NCBI RefSeq assembly: GCF_014851565.1
Contig: NZ_JACVAA010000009.1
Location: 50,333-82,332 of the forward strand
Source: Pseudomonas sp. PDM15
Lineage (GTDB): Bacteria > Pseudomonadota > Gammaproteobacteria > Pseudomonadales > Pseudomonadaceae
Length of the DNA stretch: 32,000 bases
Direction of reading: 5' to 3'
This document shows positions 15,917 through 24,237 of the stretch, piece after piece. Within the stretch, counting starts at the first letter, position 1; each line of letters starts with the position of its first letter. The position numbers were made by a program, and so were the translations under genes. The notes beneath the pieces were generated by a model. That model did no database searches. It was not told the origin of the DNA and worked only from the letters and a program-made list of their open reading frames with translations.

Positions 15917-16485
15917 GGGTGCCGCTCCTCCAGTAGATAGTCGTAGTTGCGTTCGGCTTCCGGACGCACCAGATCAAGATTCCTTCCGATCGCGGTCAGA
16001 TCAGCAAGTGCCAGCTCGGGTGTTGCAACCCGAATCTGTCGGATAGGGTCAAATCGTGTTTGCGAGAGCCGTGACTCCGAAAATTTATCGCCGGATACAC
16101 GATTGAACTCAATGATGCCAAGCGGGGTCTGATAGAGAGCAGAGCGTCCCGTGGTAACGAAGGTCATGCGGTTCGGGATCTGGCTGATCCAGTCGACCTC
16201 ATGAAGAACAGACTCCAGGGACAAATACGACGGCGATCCTGGACGAAGGATTGCGACTAGCTGGGCGAGACCATGGATAGGCGGATCTACACGAGGGTTA
16301 AGATAATGTCCTCGGAAAACCTTGCGGACGCCGACGATATCGGCGTTGCGGCCGAGGTAAACAACAAGTCCATGCTCATCTACGCCGCTCAGGCGAGACA
16401 GAGCCCGGACGTTAAATACCCAAACCCCCTTTGTCGCGAAGGCGTCCAAAGCCTTCAGCACCGAGGTGCGCGTGGATTGTCTCAT
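15913..16485 (-). CDS. abiEi: AbiEi-like antitoxin / transcriptional regulator, 190 aa
   Basis: The size, its position immediately upstream of and overlapping abiEii, and the pattern of an N-terminal winged-helix-like segment followed by a C-terminal domain (SYLSLESVLH...VATPELALADL) are typical of AbiEi. Confidence 0.75.
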   Translation of the reverse strand: MRQSTRTSVLKALDAFATKGVWVFNVRALSRLSGVDEHGLVVYLGRNADIVGVRKVFRGHYLNPRVDPPIHGLAQLVAILRPGSPSYLSLESVLHEVDWISQIPNRMTFVTTGRSALYQTPLGIIEFNRVSGDKFSESRLSQTRFDPIRQIRVATPELALADLTAIGRNLDLVRPEAERNYDYLLEERHP

Positions 16486-16673
16486 TCGATGTATTCGCCA
16501 GAATTTATGCGGTTACAGTATCGCAATGTTTAAAGAAAATCGAACGGCAATCAGTAACCACAATGAGGACTGACTTTGCAAGCAGGAAGGTCAACCAATG
16601 GACACTGTAGGCCCTTGATCAGCTATACTTGCCCAATGTCAAAACGAATATTGCCCCTTTACGAGGCTCACCC

Positions 16674-16955
16674 ATGAATATCAGCAGCTACACAGCCCAA
16701 CTAGGTCTGAATGACAGCCAGGTGCCGGTTTGCGTCATGCTGATTACTGACGGAATCGCCGCCACGGCTCCCGAAAAGGATCAAGCCGTTAGCGCTCGCC
16801 TGACCGGCGACCAGCTGACCATCACTTACGGCAGCGAAACCCTGAATTTCTCAAAGCTCGCGCCTGAACTCTGCAAAGAGCTGAAGGCGGGGAAACCCTT
16901 GGTCCTGAAACACGAAGCTTCCAGCTATGAAGCCCTCGTGCCAGTAACTCTGTAA
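16674..16955 (+). CDS. hypothetical protein, 93 aa
   Basis: Track ORF 16629..16955 begins at TTG. ATG 16674 (MNISSYTAQ) is preferred. The following gene starts 13 nt downstream. Confidence 0.55.
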   Translation: MNISSYTAQLGLNDSQVPVCVMLITDGIAATAPEKDQAVSARLTGDQLTITYGSETLNFSKLAPELCKELKAGKPLVLKHEASSYEALVPVTL

Positions 16956-16968
16956 GCAGGTAAACGAA

Positions 16969-18126
16969 ATGCGTAAACCTCAAAAGAGCATACTGCAAAC
17001 CCTGGGGGTGACCTCGGTCGTAAGCTACTGGCATGGCGATATCTCGCTATCTCGCGCCATCCAGGCCGCGGTAGTCGCGGGGCTGACCAGCCTCACCATC
17101 AGCCACTTCAACCCCGATCACTCTTCCGACTTGCTGCAGGCTCAGCAGGCGCCCGGCCACCTGACATTTCACGATGCAGAGATCAGCCGGATCGCCAATA
17201 TCAACCTGACCGTGGACACCGAGCACGGCAAGACCGGTTATTTCCAGCGGGACACCTTCGCGCTTGAGAGCACCTTCAAGAAAGATCTCGAAAACGAGAT
17301 CGACACGCTCACTGCGCAGGCCGAAGTTGCCGGTTCGTGGGATCTCTATATCGCCGCCCGCCTGACCCCTCTCTACCTCTCCGAGGATCCACATGAGCGG
17401 CAGGTAGCCAACGCAACCCTGAACTACATCCAGAAGCATCAGGGCTGTGCGGCTGGCGAGCTGCCCAGGGCCAACTACTACACCCGGGCAAAAGCGACCG
17501 AGATCGAGGCGGACCGTCAGATCTTTGCCATGGCGGATCAAATGGCTGAAGCCCTCCGCAACGCCGGAAAGACCCCGATCACCAGGCGCTCGGCCGAGCT
17601 CGCACTGCATTCCTTTGCACCCGAGCCGGATCGCCTGCTGGCTGCTTTCAACGTAGCCAAAGGCGCCGAGGAAGGCGCTCCCGGCATCCGCAACATCCTC
17701 CCCCTGGTGCAGACTGCTATTCAGGTTGAGACAACCCGCCTATCGCTCACCAGCATGGCCGGCCAGATGCTGCGCGTCACCGAGGTGGCCACCAACCCCG
17801 CGATCCAGGCGCTGACACTCAGCCGGCGTCTGAACATCCCGGTGGCTGTTCGCTCGTACTCGGGTGAGTTCTCCGACCACTACAACCAGGGCAACTTCGA
17901 GCCCACGGACGAAACCCTGAACTCCAAGATCAGAACCGGTTTCGATCTGAGCGACGGACTGGCGATTACAGGCCGTGGAGTGATCCTGAGCCAAGTACCC
18001 CTGGAGCACGAGCAAACCATCAACGTGCCCGAGTTGCGCTACTCGGTTTATCAGGTGGTCGAGCGGAACAACATCCTCGACCAGGATGAGCCAGTGTTCG
18101 CCGCGGACTTCCGCGTCTCGATGTAG
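16969..18126 (+). CDS. hypothetical protein, 385 aa
   Basis: Long ORF with natural composition. One N-terminal hydrophobic segment (AIQAAVVAGLTSLTI). It is followed by a strong intrinsic terminator. No family recognised. Confidence 0.7.
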   Translation: MRKPQKSILQTLGVTSVVSYWHGDISLSRAIQAAVVAGLTSLTISHFNPDHSSDLLQAQQAPGHLTFHDAEISRIANINLTVDTEHGKTGYFQRDTFALESTFKKDLENEIDTLTAQAEVAGSWDLYIAARLTPLYLSEDPHERQVANATLNYIQKHQGCAAGELPRANYYTRAKATEIEADRQIFAMADQMAEALRNAGKTPITRRSAELALHSFAPEPDRLLAAFNVAKGAEEGAPGIRNILPLVQTAIQVETTRLSLTSMAGQMLRVTEVATNPAIQALTLSRRLNIPVAVRSYSGEFSDHYNQGNFEPTDETLNSKIRTGFDLSDGLAITGRGVILSQVPLEHEQTINVPELRYSVYQVVERNNILDQDEPVFAADFRVSM

Positions 18127-18145
18127 GCACTCACACCAGGCAATG

Positions 18146-18171
18146 AAAAGCCGCCCTCGGGCGGCTTTTTT
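18146..18171 (+). terminator. rho-independent terminator
   Basis: GC stem GCCGCC(C)/(G)GGCGGC at 18150-18165 with a small loop, followed by TTTTTT (18166-18171). It is preceded by AAAA, so it could act in both directions. It lies 20 nt after the stop at 18126. Confidence 0.8.
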
Positions 18172-18349
18172 ATGCCATCAGAAAACCTGTCCAGTCGTTT
18201 CTTATTCCACTGCCGCCGCTTTAGCGCTTGTGACATTCTGTACAGCGATTAGAATCGCAAGCTGGCCACCCAGACAGAATTGAATAAGAACGGCTTTGAA
18301 ACGGCACGAAATACCCAACGCCCAAGCGCCTGGCCGCATCGCCCCACCA

Positions 18350-18661
18350 TCACTTCGGGGCAATAGCCAGCGCGCCCTGACCCTCGAAAAGATCATCGAG
18401 CAGCTCAACCTCCTGGAAGAGGATGTTGCGCTGGAAGTCGCGCCGACAGTCAAGCTGCACCGGAACCCGCATGGGTTCTTCCGAGGAAGGCTTGCCACAG
18501 ACAATCCCTTCGGTAGTTCCCTTCCCCATCGGGACGCGAACGCGCGTTCCCTTGGGAAATGCAGCAGCAACAGCCCTGGCCAACGCCACCGCCGTTTTCT
18601 GGTGCTCTTTGCGGGCCCTCTCGATGTCCGAGAGTCGCGCGCTATCAAGGGGTTTGATCAC
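18350..18661 (-). CDS. hypothetical protein, 103 aa
   Basis: GTG 18661 with GGAG 9 nt upstream. GC-rich third codon positions favour this frame over the overlapping ORFs 18296..18745 (+) and 18202..18648 (-). Confidence 0.5.
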   Translation of the reverse strand: MIKPLDSARLSDIERARKEHQKTAVALARAVAAAFPKGTRVRVPMGKGTTEGIVCGKPSSEEPMRVPVQLDCRRDFQRNILFQEVELLDDLFEGQGALAIAPK

Positions 18662-18805
18662 CGGACAAGCTCCGATTATTTACTAACGCATATCCGCGAG
18701 CATACACCCACAATCATTCAGCAGCAAGACGTGGCAACACCGTAACGATGTGCTATTTTTGTTCATGTTTTCCTATTGCAGTCTCAATTGAAAAGGCCGC
18801 GCAGC

Positions 18806-19453
18806 ATGAAGAACCCGGCAAGCACCTGGTCATTCCCCTTTGAGAAGGGAAACGCTCTACCAAAAGACCGAGATATGCACCCGGTTGATTTCGAGATCCC
18901 GCACGGGCATCAGTCACTGTTCCCCGTAGTCGAGGAGTCACGTCACTGGTATCTGTCCGTCCGCCTGCAGGATGCCGCGACCTACTTCCTTAGCCCCAGG
19001 GCCGGGAGCCCCGTCGAACTCGACACTGCAGCAGCTGAAAAGCAGCTCCTGGCCGGACTACTCAACAACCTGCCGCCACGCGTCAACTCGATCACGCTCT
19101 TCGGCCGGATCATGGCGCTGCCGGAGTACCTTCATGCGCCGGCGATCGATTACCTGGAGCATCGTCGCGTCGACAGCATCCATGAAAGCCAGGGCGAACT
19201 CATTTCCGCTCTTCGCAGCTTAAACCAAAGCATGGGTGCGCCGGTGCAACGCGGCATGAGCGTTTCCAAGATGGCGCGAGAAGTTGCTCAGGCAGCACCT
19301 GGCGAGCGTCACAGGCTGCTCAAATCCTACCGGAAAGAGCATCCTGAACACTGGATCGAGGACGCGAGAAAAGCCGCGGAGGGTATGATCGAGCGGGCCC
19401 AGAAGAAGCTCCGTGAAAATCCGCCAGACAGCGACTTCGATTTTCGCTTCTGA
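18806..19453 (+). CDS. hypothetical protein, 215 aa
   Basis: Track ORF 18776..19453 begins at TTG. ATG 18806 (MKNPAST) is preferred. It is closely followed by the ASCH gene. Confidence 0.6.
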   Translation: MKNPASTWSFPFEKGNALPKDRDMHPVDFEIPHGHQSLFPVVEESRHWYLSVRLQDAATYFLSPRAGSPVELDTAAAEKQLLAGLLNNLPPRVNSITLFGRIMALPEYLHAPAIDYLEHRRVDSIHESQGELISALRSLNQSMGAPVQRGMSVSKMAREVAQAAPGERHRLLKSYRKEHPEHWIEDARKAAEGMIERAQKKLRENPPDSDFDFRF

Positions 19454-19464
19454 GGTTGCGCGCC

Positions 19465-19836
19465 ATGCGCAACATGAGCTTCATGCTGACCAAAGATCAA
19501 GTTCGTCGCGGAACCAAATCGGTTACCCGCCGAGCAGGGTGGCTCCACCTGAAAGCCGGTGATCTCATTTGCGCTGTTGAGAAATGTCAGGGGCTACGCG
19601 CCGGCGAGAAGCTCAACCGACTGAGAACCATCCAGGTGGTAGATGTGCGCCGAGAGCCGCTGCGCGCACTGCTTGATGATCCAGCATACGGGCTTGCGGA
19701 ATGCATCAAAGAGGGTTTCGGTGATCACCCTACCCTGCGAGAGCCAGCCGCGTTCATACAGTTCTTCTGTCACACCCACCGCGGCTGTACTGCTGAGTCA
19801 GAAGTGACCCGGATTGAATTCGTCTACGTGGCGTAA
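19465..19836 (+). CDS. ASCH (PUA-like) domain protein, 123 aa
   Basis: The N-terminal MSFMLTKDQVRRGTKSVTRRAGWLHLKAGD matches the ASCH pattern (beta strand, G.K..T.R, then K.GD). The track start is TTG 19456; ATG 19465 is preferred. Confidence 0.7.
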   Translation: MRNMSFMLTKDQVRRGTKSVTRRAGWLHLKAGDLICAVEKCQGLRAGEKLNRLRTIQVVDVRREPLRALLDDPAYGLAECIKEGFGDHPTLREPAAFIQFFCHTHRGCTAESEVTRIEFVYVA

Positions 19837-19846
19837 GCCTCGCCTT

Positions 19847-20059
19847 TCAGCAAGGCTCTGCAGCACCTTGCAGCTGGTCGTTAAGTTCCTTCATCAGCAT
19901 GCGCACATCCGAAGCGCAATTGGCTTCCAACTGTCCGTCATATGGGAACTCACCATTGCACCGCTCCGTTGACGTGTTGAAGCCTTCCCACCAAGTCTTG
20001 GTCAGCAATGCTTCCAAAGCTGCATCGTCAAAGCTGTGAGTAACGGTACTGGCGGACAT
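19847..20059 (-). CDS. hypothetical small protein, 70 aa
   Basis: ATG 20059 with an AGGAGAG SD 4 nt upstream. It lies directly after the stop of 20069..20452. Confidence 0.6.
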   Translation of the reverse strand: MSASTVTHSFDDAALEALLTKTWWEGFNTSTERCNGEFPYDGQLEANCASDVRMLMKELNDQLQGAAEPC

Positions 20060-20068
20060 ATGCCTCTC

Positions 20069-20452
20069 CTAATCAAGCGGATTGCTTGCGTTCTCATCCC
20101 GAATCGCACGACAGAGGTCGAGCAGCGCCTGGCGCACCTTCGGCGATCGACCGCCACCTGAAAAGGGAACGCAGAACTCGACATCTGCCATCTCCCCCTC
20201 ATCGCTGATAACCGCTACGCACACGTCAGAATCCCCGTCCAGGATCAGACGCAGCCGGCCGCCCCCCATGTCCTCGCGGCGCTCGAAGAACTCGCCAAGA
20301 GGCAATGAATCATCCGTTTGCTCAGACTGCTGTAGGAGCTCACGGGCGGCCTCAATAACCTGGCCGCCAAACAACGTGTCGCCGAAGCGGCCACCGTCCG
20401 CGAGCTCCATCTCAGCAGCCTCGTCAATTGCGAAACCCGTGATCAAAGCCAT
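20069..20452 (-). CDS. hypothetical acidic protein, 127 aa
   Basis: ATG 20452. Natural, acidic composition. The overlapping 255-aa plus-strand ORF 20082..20849 is Ser/Arg-rich and crosses gene borders, so it is judged a shadow. Confidence 0.6.
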   Translation of the reverse strand: MALITGFAIDEAAEMELADGGRFGDTLFGGQVIEAARELLQQSEQTDDSLPLGEFFERREDMGGGRLRLILDGDSDVCVAVISDEGEMADVEFCVPFSGGGRSPKVRQALLDLCRAIRDENASNPLD

Positions 20453-20510
20453 CAGTGGTTACCTGGTTAAGTTCGCATCGAGCAAAGAACAAACATTTGC
20501 ATCAGTGGAG

Positions 20511-20816
20511 TCAGCGCGACTCGCTGAGGCTCTTTTGTTGGCTCAAAAGCTCATGCTGCGCATCCCGGATGGAGTCACGAGCATCGAATGCCGAGTAAAG
20601 CAAGGTCGCAATCCCGACAACGGCCAAGCTGGCGGCATAATCGGGCTTCAAGCCCGACTGGATGCCAGCCACTGCAATACAGGCACCCACGAGTCCAATG
20701 ACAATGTTGACGTAATCCACATCGCCGGAAAGCTTGACCAACGAAAACACAGAGCGGAACAGATAGGTAACCGCCACCAGGGCGATCAGCATAACCAACA
20801 GCGTTGCAGTTTCCAT
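20511..20816 (-). CDS. small membrane protein (3 hydrophobic helices), 101 aa
   Basis: ATG 20816 with GAGG 5 nt upstream; the track start is GTG 20822. Helices TLLVMLIALVAVTYLF, IVIGLVGACIAVAGI and SLAVVGIATLLYSAF. Confidence 0.65.
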   Translation of the reverse strand: METATLLVMLIALVAVTYLFRSVFSLVKLSGDVDYVNIVIGLVGACIAVAGIQSGLKPDYAASLAVVGIATLLYSAFDARDSIRDAQHELLSQQKSLSESR

Positions 20817-20832
20817 AGACACCTCGCGACAG

Positions 20833-21138
20833 TCACGAAACCATGTTAGTTCTGTTAAATAGAACCGTCAAAGCCTTCTTTACGCCGGCTTTCTTGAGCA
20901 GCTCGCCCCAAGAATCAATGACGTACTCCGGACCACTCTTAGTGATCGACACACCCAACTCTGCATTGAGGGACGCCACATAACTGTCGATATTACCCTT
21001 GCTGAGGCCCGTCAACTCTGCAACGGTTGTCGCTGTTGCGGGACGCAGCTTGTCGATCGCGGCGAGCACGACAAGAAGCCGGCCGACGTGCCCCTTGGGG
21101 TACTGCGGCACGCCATGTTTGTTTACCGGGAATTCCAA
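20833..21138 (-). CDS. small winged-helix/HTH-like DNA-binding protein, 101 aa
   Basis: TTG 21138 with a strong AGGAGAAGG SD. The segment ATTVAELTGLSKGNIDSYVASL reads as a helix-turn-helix within a wHTH-sized protein. Operator-like sites lie upstream of the gene and at its 3' end. Confidence 0.55.
   Translation of the reverse strand: MEFPVNKHGVPQYPKGHVGRLLVVLAAIDKLRPATATTVAELTGLSKGNIDSYVASLNAELGVSITKSGPEYVIDSWGELLKKAGVKKALTVLFNRTNMVS
20843..20871 (-). promoter_or_regulatory. internal sigma70-like promoter with operator GGTTCTATTTAACAGAACT in the spacer
   Basis: Read on the minus strand: TTGACG (20871-20866), a 17-nt spacer GTTCTATTTAACAGAAC (20865-20849), then TAACAT (20848-20843). It lies inside the last codons of the wHTH gene, 27 nt upstream of ATG 20816. 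On the plus strand the 19-mer is AGTTCTGTTAAATAGAACC (20848..20866). Confidence 0.5.
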
Positions 21139-21154
21139 GGCAGCCTTCTCCTCT

Positions 21155-21200
21155 GGTACTGATAAACAGAACTATAAGGGTAGGAGGCAGCCTCGTCTAA
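21155..21200 (-). promoter_or_regulatory. candidate autoregulated promoter of the wHTH gene with operator AGTTCTGTTTATCAGTACC
   Basis: Read on the minus strand: TTAGAC (21200-21195), an 18-nt spacer, then TATAGT (21176-21171). The 19-mer at 21173-21155 starts inside the -10 hexamer and covers the expected transcription start. It ends 17 nt upstream of TTG 21138. Confidence 0.45.
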
Positions 21201-21229
21201 TGGTTTCGCGACCATCTGCACTGCGACGG

Positions 21230-21427
21230 CTAAGGGATACCAGGCCCCATCACCGCCGTCCCCAACAGGTACAGCAAGAGGCCGACTCCTGACAGCAGTA
21301 TCAAAAGGCCCAGATAGAATGCCGAGCGAGCAGCATCGGTGTATGAGCCCTCGGTGGGGCACCTGGCAGCATCAGCCATCTGAGCTCCACTACCGATCAG
21401 GAATAGGCCGAGCACGAAAAGGAGCAC
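21230..21427 (-). CDS. small membrane protein (2 hydrophobic helices), 65 aa
   Basis: GTG 21427 directly abuts the TAA of the upstream gene. Helices LLFVLGLFLIGSGA and FYLGLLILLSGVGLLLYLLG. It is the last gene of the filament operon. Confidence 0.4.
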   Translation of the reverse strand: MLLFVLGLFLIGSGAQMADAARCPTEGSYTDAARSAFYLGLLILLSGVGLLLYLLGTAVMGPGIP

Positions 21428-22018
21428 TTAGTGCCCCTTCTGCACGAGCCGCCAGTAGTAATTGGCGAAGATTCGGTCGACAACGTTGGTCGGCGGGTTG
21501 ATGTCAGGGCCACCACCCTCCTCAATGACGCTTAGGTTCAGCGGGACCTCAATGTCCCATATCAGCGCCCGCGGGTATCTCTCAGTCGGGAGAATGAACA
21601 GATCGAACCGGAGCTGGCGGCCCCGGTGGCGATCAGCAAACGCCGTCAACTCGACGGTTTCGTTGTTCACATTCGCCAGGGTGACAACCTGCCGCCGGCG
21701 CCCCTGCCCGTCGTAGAGATACACGAGCAGGTACGACTTCTGCCCCTTGTCGATGTAACCGCGGAACGTCTGGCCTACCTCCCCGGCAACAGTCTTGCCC
21801 ATGTTAGCCCGGTATTCCCAGAACAACGCCTTCCCCATCATCTCGATGCGGTACTTCGTCTCGGCAAGGCCAGAGGCCTTGCCAAATCCGGTATCGGCGA
21901 GCCACCAGCAGCCACCCCCGAGAACCCCAACAAGCGCGACGATCAGCACAATTCGCTGTTTCTTGCTCCCCTCCTCAAACGGATTGAGCAGCCCGAGGAG
22001 AGCCCAGTTGAAGTTCAT
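21428..22018 (-). CDS. bitopic membrane protein of the filament operon, unknown role, 196 aa
   Basis: ATGA overlap with the upstream gene (22015-22018). One N-terminal TM helix (IVLIVALVGVLGGGCWWL) followed by a beta-rich periplasmic domain. No family recognised. Confidence 0.65.
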   Translation of the reverse strand: MNFNWALLGLLNPFEEGSKKQRIVLIVALVGVLGGGCWWLADTGFGKASGLAETKYRIEMMGKALFWEYRANMGKTVAGEVGQTFRGYIDKGQKSYLLVYLYDGQGRRRQVVTLANVNNETVELTAFADRHRGRQLRFDLFILPTERYPRALIWDIEVPLNLSVIEEGGGPDINPPTNVVDRIFANYYWRLVQKGH

Positions 22019-22563
22019 TGCTTCAACTCAAGAAGGTGCGAATATGCCCCTGCTACAAGCAGGGCGCCGTTGTTGCGCAGCTGAACAAACACCTCCAGGG
22101 GCTGGCCTTCCGGACTGGAGACGATCATGCCAATGGACTGGCCGGATTGGACAAATCGCCCATTGATGAAGGCACCGCCGGTCGCGAGGCCGGTCAGTTG
22201 AACTGATGCGAGCTGGTTGCGCAGCTGCTGCTCGGCCTCAACCGCCTTGATTGCCCCGTCATCGACCACCGGCGCTGCCGGCACGAAGATTTCGTCCAGC
22301 AGCGCCAAGTCGGGCTCTGCAGGATCCATCGACTGGGCTGGGGACGCCATCGCGCCCGGGAGCGCCTGCGGGTTATCCGGGACTGACACACTGGGCGCGA
22401 TTTCGTTGACGTAGCCCTTGATCGGCAGCTGGGAGAACTTGCTTGCCAGGGAAGGAGATCCATACACGGCGAGCAACAATGCTGCCGCCATGATGGCCCC
22501 ATTCAGGAGTACCACCTGGTTGGACGAGATTCTGTTGCCGGCCGTTGCCATTTTAGTGCCCAT
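22015..22563 (-). CDS. PilP/GspC-HR-like bitopic protein, 182 aa
   Basis: The start is placed at ATG 22563, 2 nt after the upstream stop and behind the GGAAGGAGG SD; the track start is 22593. It has a TM helix VVLLNGAIMAAALLLAVYG, a Pro/Ala-rich linker and a C-terminal beta domain VQLTGLATGGAFINGRFVQSGQSIG. That domain resembles the secretin-contacting domains of PilP, GspC and MshK. Confidence 0.55.
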   Translation of the reverse strand: MGTKMATAGNRISSNQVVLLNGAIMAAALLLAVYGSPSLASKFSQLPIKGYVNEIAPSVSVPDNPQALPGAMASPAQSMDPAEPDLALLDEIFVPAAPVVDDGAIKAVEAEQQLRNQLASVQLTGLATGGAFINGRFVQSGQSIGMIVSSPEGQPLEVFVQLRNNGALLVAGAYSHLLELKQ

Positions 22564-22565
22564 GG

Positions 22566-23102
22566 TCAAGCCTCCTTCCGTGCCAGCACGCAAAGACCGC
22601 CGAGGGTTGCCACCGGCTTCCCATCTTTGGAGGAGATATCCAGCCGGTTGAGCTCGATGTCATGCCGCACCATGCTGGTGATGCCTTTGATCATTCCCCG
22701 CATGGTCTCAGCACTGACCTGCAGCCCAGACTGATCGCCGCCGGCGACGCATGTCCGTAGCAGGCCCACCGGGGCACCTTCGAAGACAACCGCCTCTACG
22801 CGATCACTGCGAAGCGTATTGATGTCGAACTTCAACCCGCTGTTGCTCATACGAAGCGACTGGCCGATTCCGACCAGATCCTGGCGGCCATGTTCAGCAG
22901 CGACTTGGAACGACTCTTTCCAACGCGCCTGAACAGGTAGCAGCGCCTGATAAGCGGCCTTCCAGGTGCGCAGGTTGTCCAGTGCCTTGGCCTGGGCGCC
23001 GACTGCCTCACCAATGCCCGTTGAAACCTTCCAGCCACCGGCGGCAATGGCCACCGCAACCACGATGCCTGAGACAACGGCTACGACGCGCTCATTGGAC
23101 AT
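22566..23102 (-). CDS. GspM/PilO-like bitopic assembly protein, 178 aa
   Basis: N-terminal TM helix (VVAVVSGIVVAVAIAAGGW), then a helical segment, then an alpha/beta domain. Its size and its position after the GspL-like gene fit this role. There is an 11-nt overlap with the upstream gene. Confidence 0.55.
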   Translation of the reverse strand: MSNERVVAVVSGIVVAVAIAAGGWKVSTGIGEAVGAQAKALDNLRTWKAAYQALLPVQARWKESFQVAAEHGRQDLVGIGQSLRMSNSGLKFDINTLRSDRVEAVVFEGAPVGLLRTCVAGGDQSGLQVSAETMRGMIKGITSMVRHDIELNRLDISSKDGKPVATLGGLCVLARKEA

Positions 23103-24228
23103 TCCACACCCCCTCGATCTCTACGATTCGCACCCCATCCGAAGTCCGAATTTCGCCAGGCCTCAACCACATCTCGAATCCGGAGGCCTCAACGAGCCTG
23201 GTCAGCAACTGCTTGGCAAACACACGATCGGGCACGGATTTGTCCACTGGCACAGCCAGGTCCATTTCGAAATCAGTGGTGCGGCCGCCCAGGCCATTTC
23301 CCTTGGCACCTTCGCCAAAAACAGCGATGCGACGGACTTCGGCATCGCTCTTCACCGAGCTGGACGCCAAAGTCGTCCAGCGCTTGATCAGGTCGCCCTG
23401 GGCCGGTGCCATGTCAAGCATGCGCTGCTGGCTGGAGAGCGTATTGAGCATTGAGGAGCCCTGCTCATAAACGCTGCTTACTCCCTGCACTTCCTGATCA
23501 AAGTCTTTCTGCAGATCCGTGTAACGGATCCATTGGAAGCCGACCAGCGCCGCCGCAACCAGACCACCCACCAACAGCCCTGCCAGCGGGCCCGCCAAGG
23601 AGCGCAAAGGGCTCTCACTTGCCCCGCCGGCGCGCAAGGCGCGCAGCCGAAGACGCTTGAGATTCAGCTTCTCTACAGGCACCGGGATGATCTTGTAGGC
23701 GTCCATCAGGCGGTCTGGGAGCTCTAACGGATATGCCCAATAAACTGGTAGATCATCCGTGATACCGCTGCGGTTCAACACGTCATTGAGGGCCAGCAGG
23801 AACTGCGACGGGAAATCGCTCGAACTCATGGAGGGAAGCCGCTTGTCCACCACCTGGGTGACCCGACCGTCGTTGACCATGAAGAACTCAAGGTTGGTGT
23901 CCGTGTCGTTGGATGCTCCACCTACGAAAAGGAAGTCCCCGCGAAGCTTACGCATGTAATGGAGGTAAGCGTCTGCCAACAGGTAGAACTTCACCCGGGG
24001 CTGAGCTGTGACCTCTGCCATGATGGAGTTGGGGACACCAACGTGCAGGCTGCCGCCATCGCCCAACATCTTGAAGCTGGCCGGCCGGGGCTGCTGGATC
24101 TGCATGTCGGCGAACACCGGCGAAGCGGCGTCCAGGGTGACATAGGCCGCCTCCCCTGCAAGATAGATGGCCTCACCAGGACGGTAGTCCTCCGTGAGAA
24201 GTGCTCGTGCTTCAGAAACGACGCGCAT
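23092..24228 (-). CDS. GspL / PilM-PilN-fusion-like assembly protein, 378 aa
   Basis: A cytoplasmic domain of about 210 aa, a single TM helix (LAGPLAGLLVGGLVAAALVGF) and a periplasmic domain of about 140 aa. It sits directly after the platform gene. AAGGAGGG SD. Confidence 0.6.
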   Translation of the reverse strand: MRVVSEARALLTEDYRPGEAIYLAGEAAYVTLDAASPVFADMQIQQPRPASFKMLGDGGSLHVGVPNSIMAEVTAQPRVKFYLLADAYLHYMRKLRGDFLFVGGASNDTDTNLEFFMVNDGRVTQVVDKRLPSMSSSDFPSQFLLALNDVLNRSGITDDLPVYWAYPLELPDRLMDAYKIIPVPVEKLNLKRLRLRALRAGGASESPLRSLAGPLAGLLVGGLVAAALVGFQWIRYTDLQKDFDQEVQGVSSVYEQGSSMLNTLSSQQRMLDMAPAQGDLIKRWTTLASSSVKSDAEVRRIAVFGEGAKGNGLGGRTTDFEMDLAVPVDKSVPDRVFAKQLLTRLVEASGFEMWLRPGEIRTSDGVRIVEIEGVWNVQ

Positions 24229-24237
24229 GCGCCCTCC

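Noticed and set aside
20082-20849. 255-aa plus-strand ORF
   Set aside because: It is Ser/Arg-rich and antisense to three minus-strand genes that have good SDs. It crosses their intergenic gaps.
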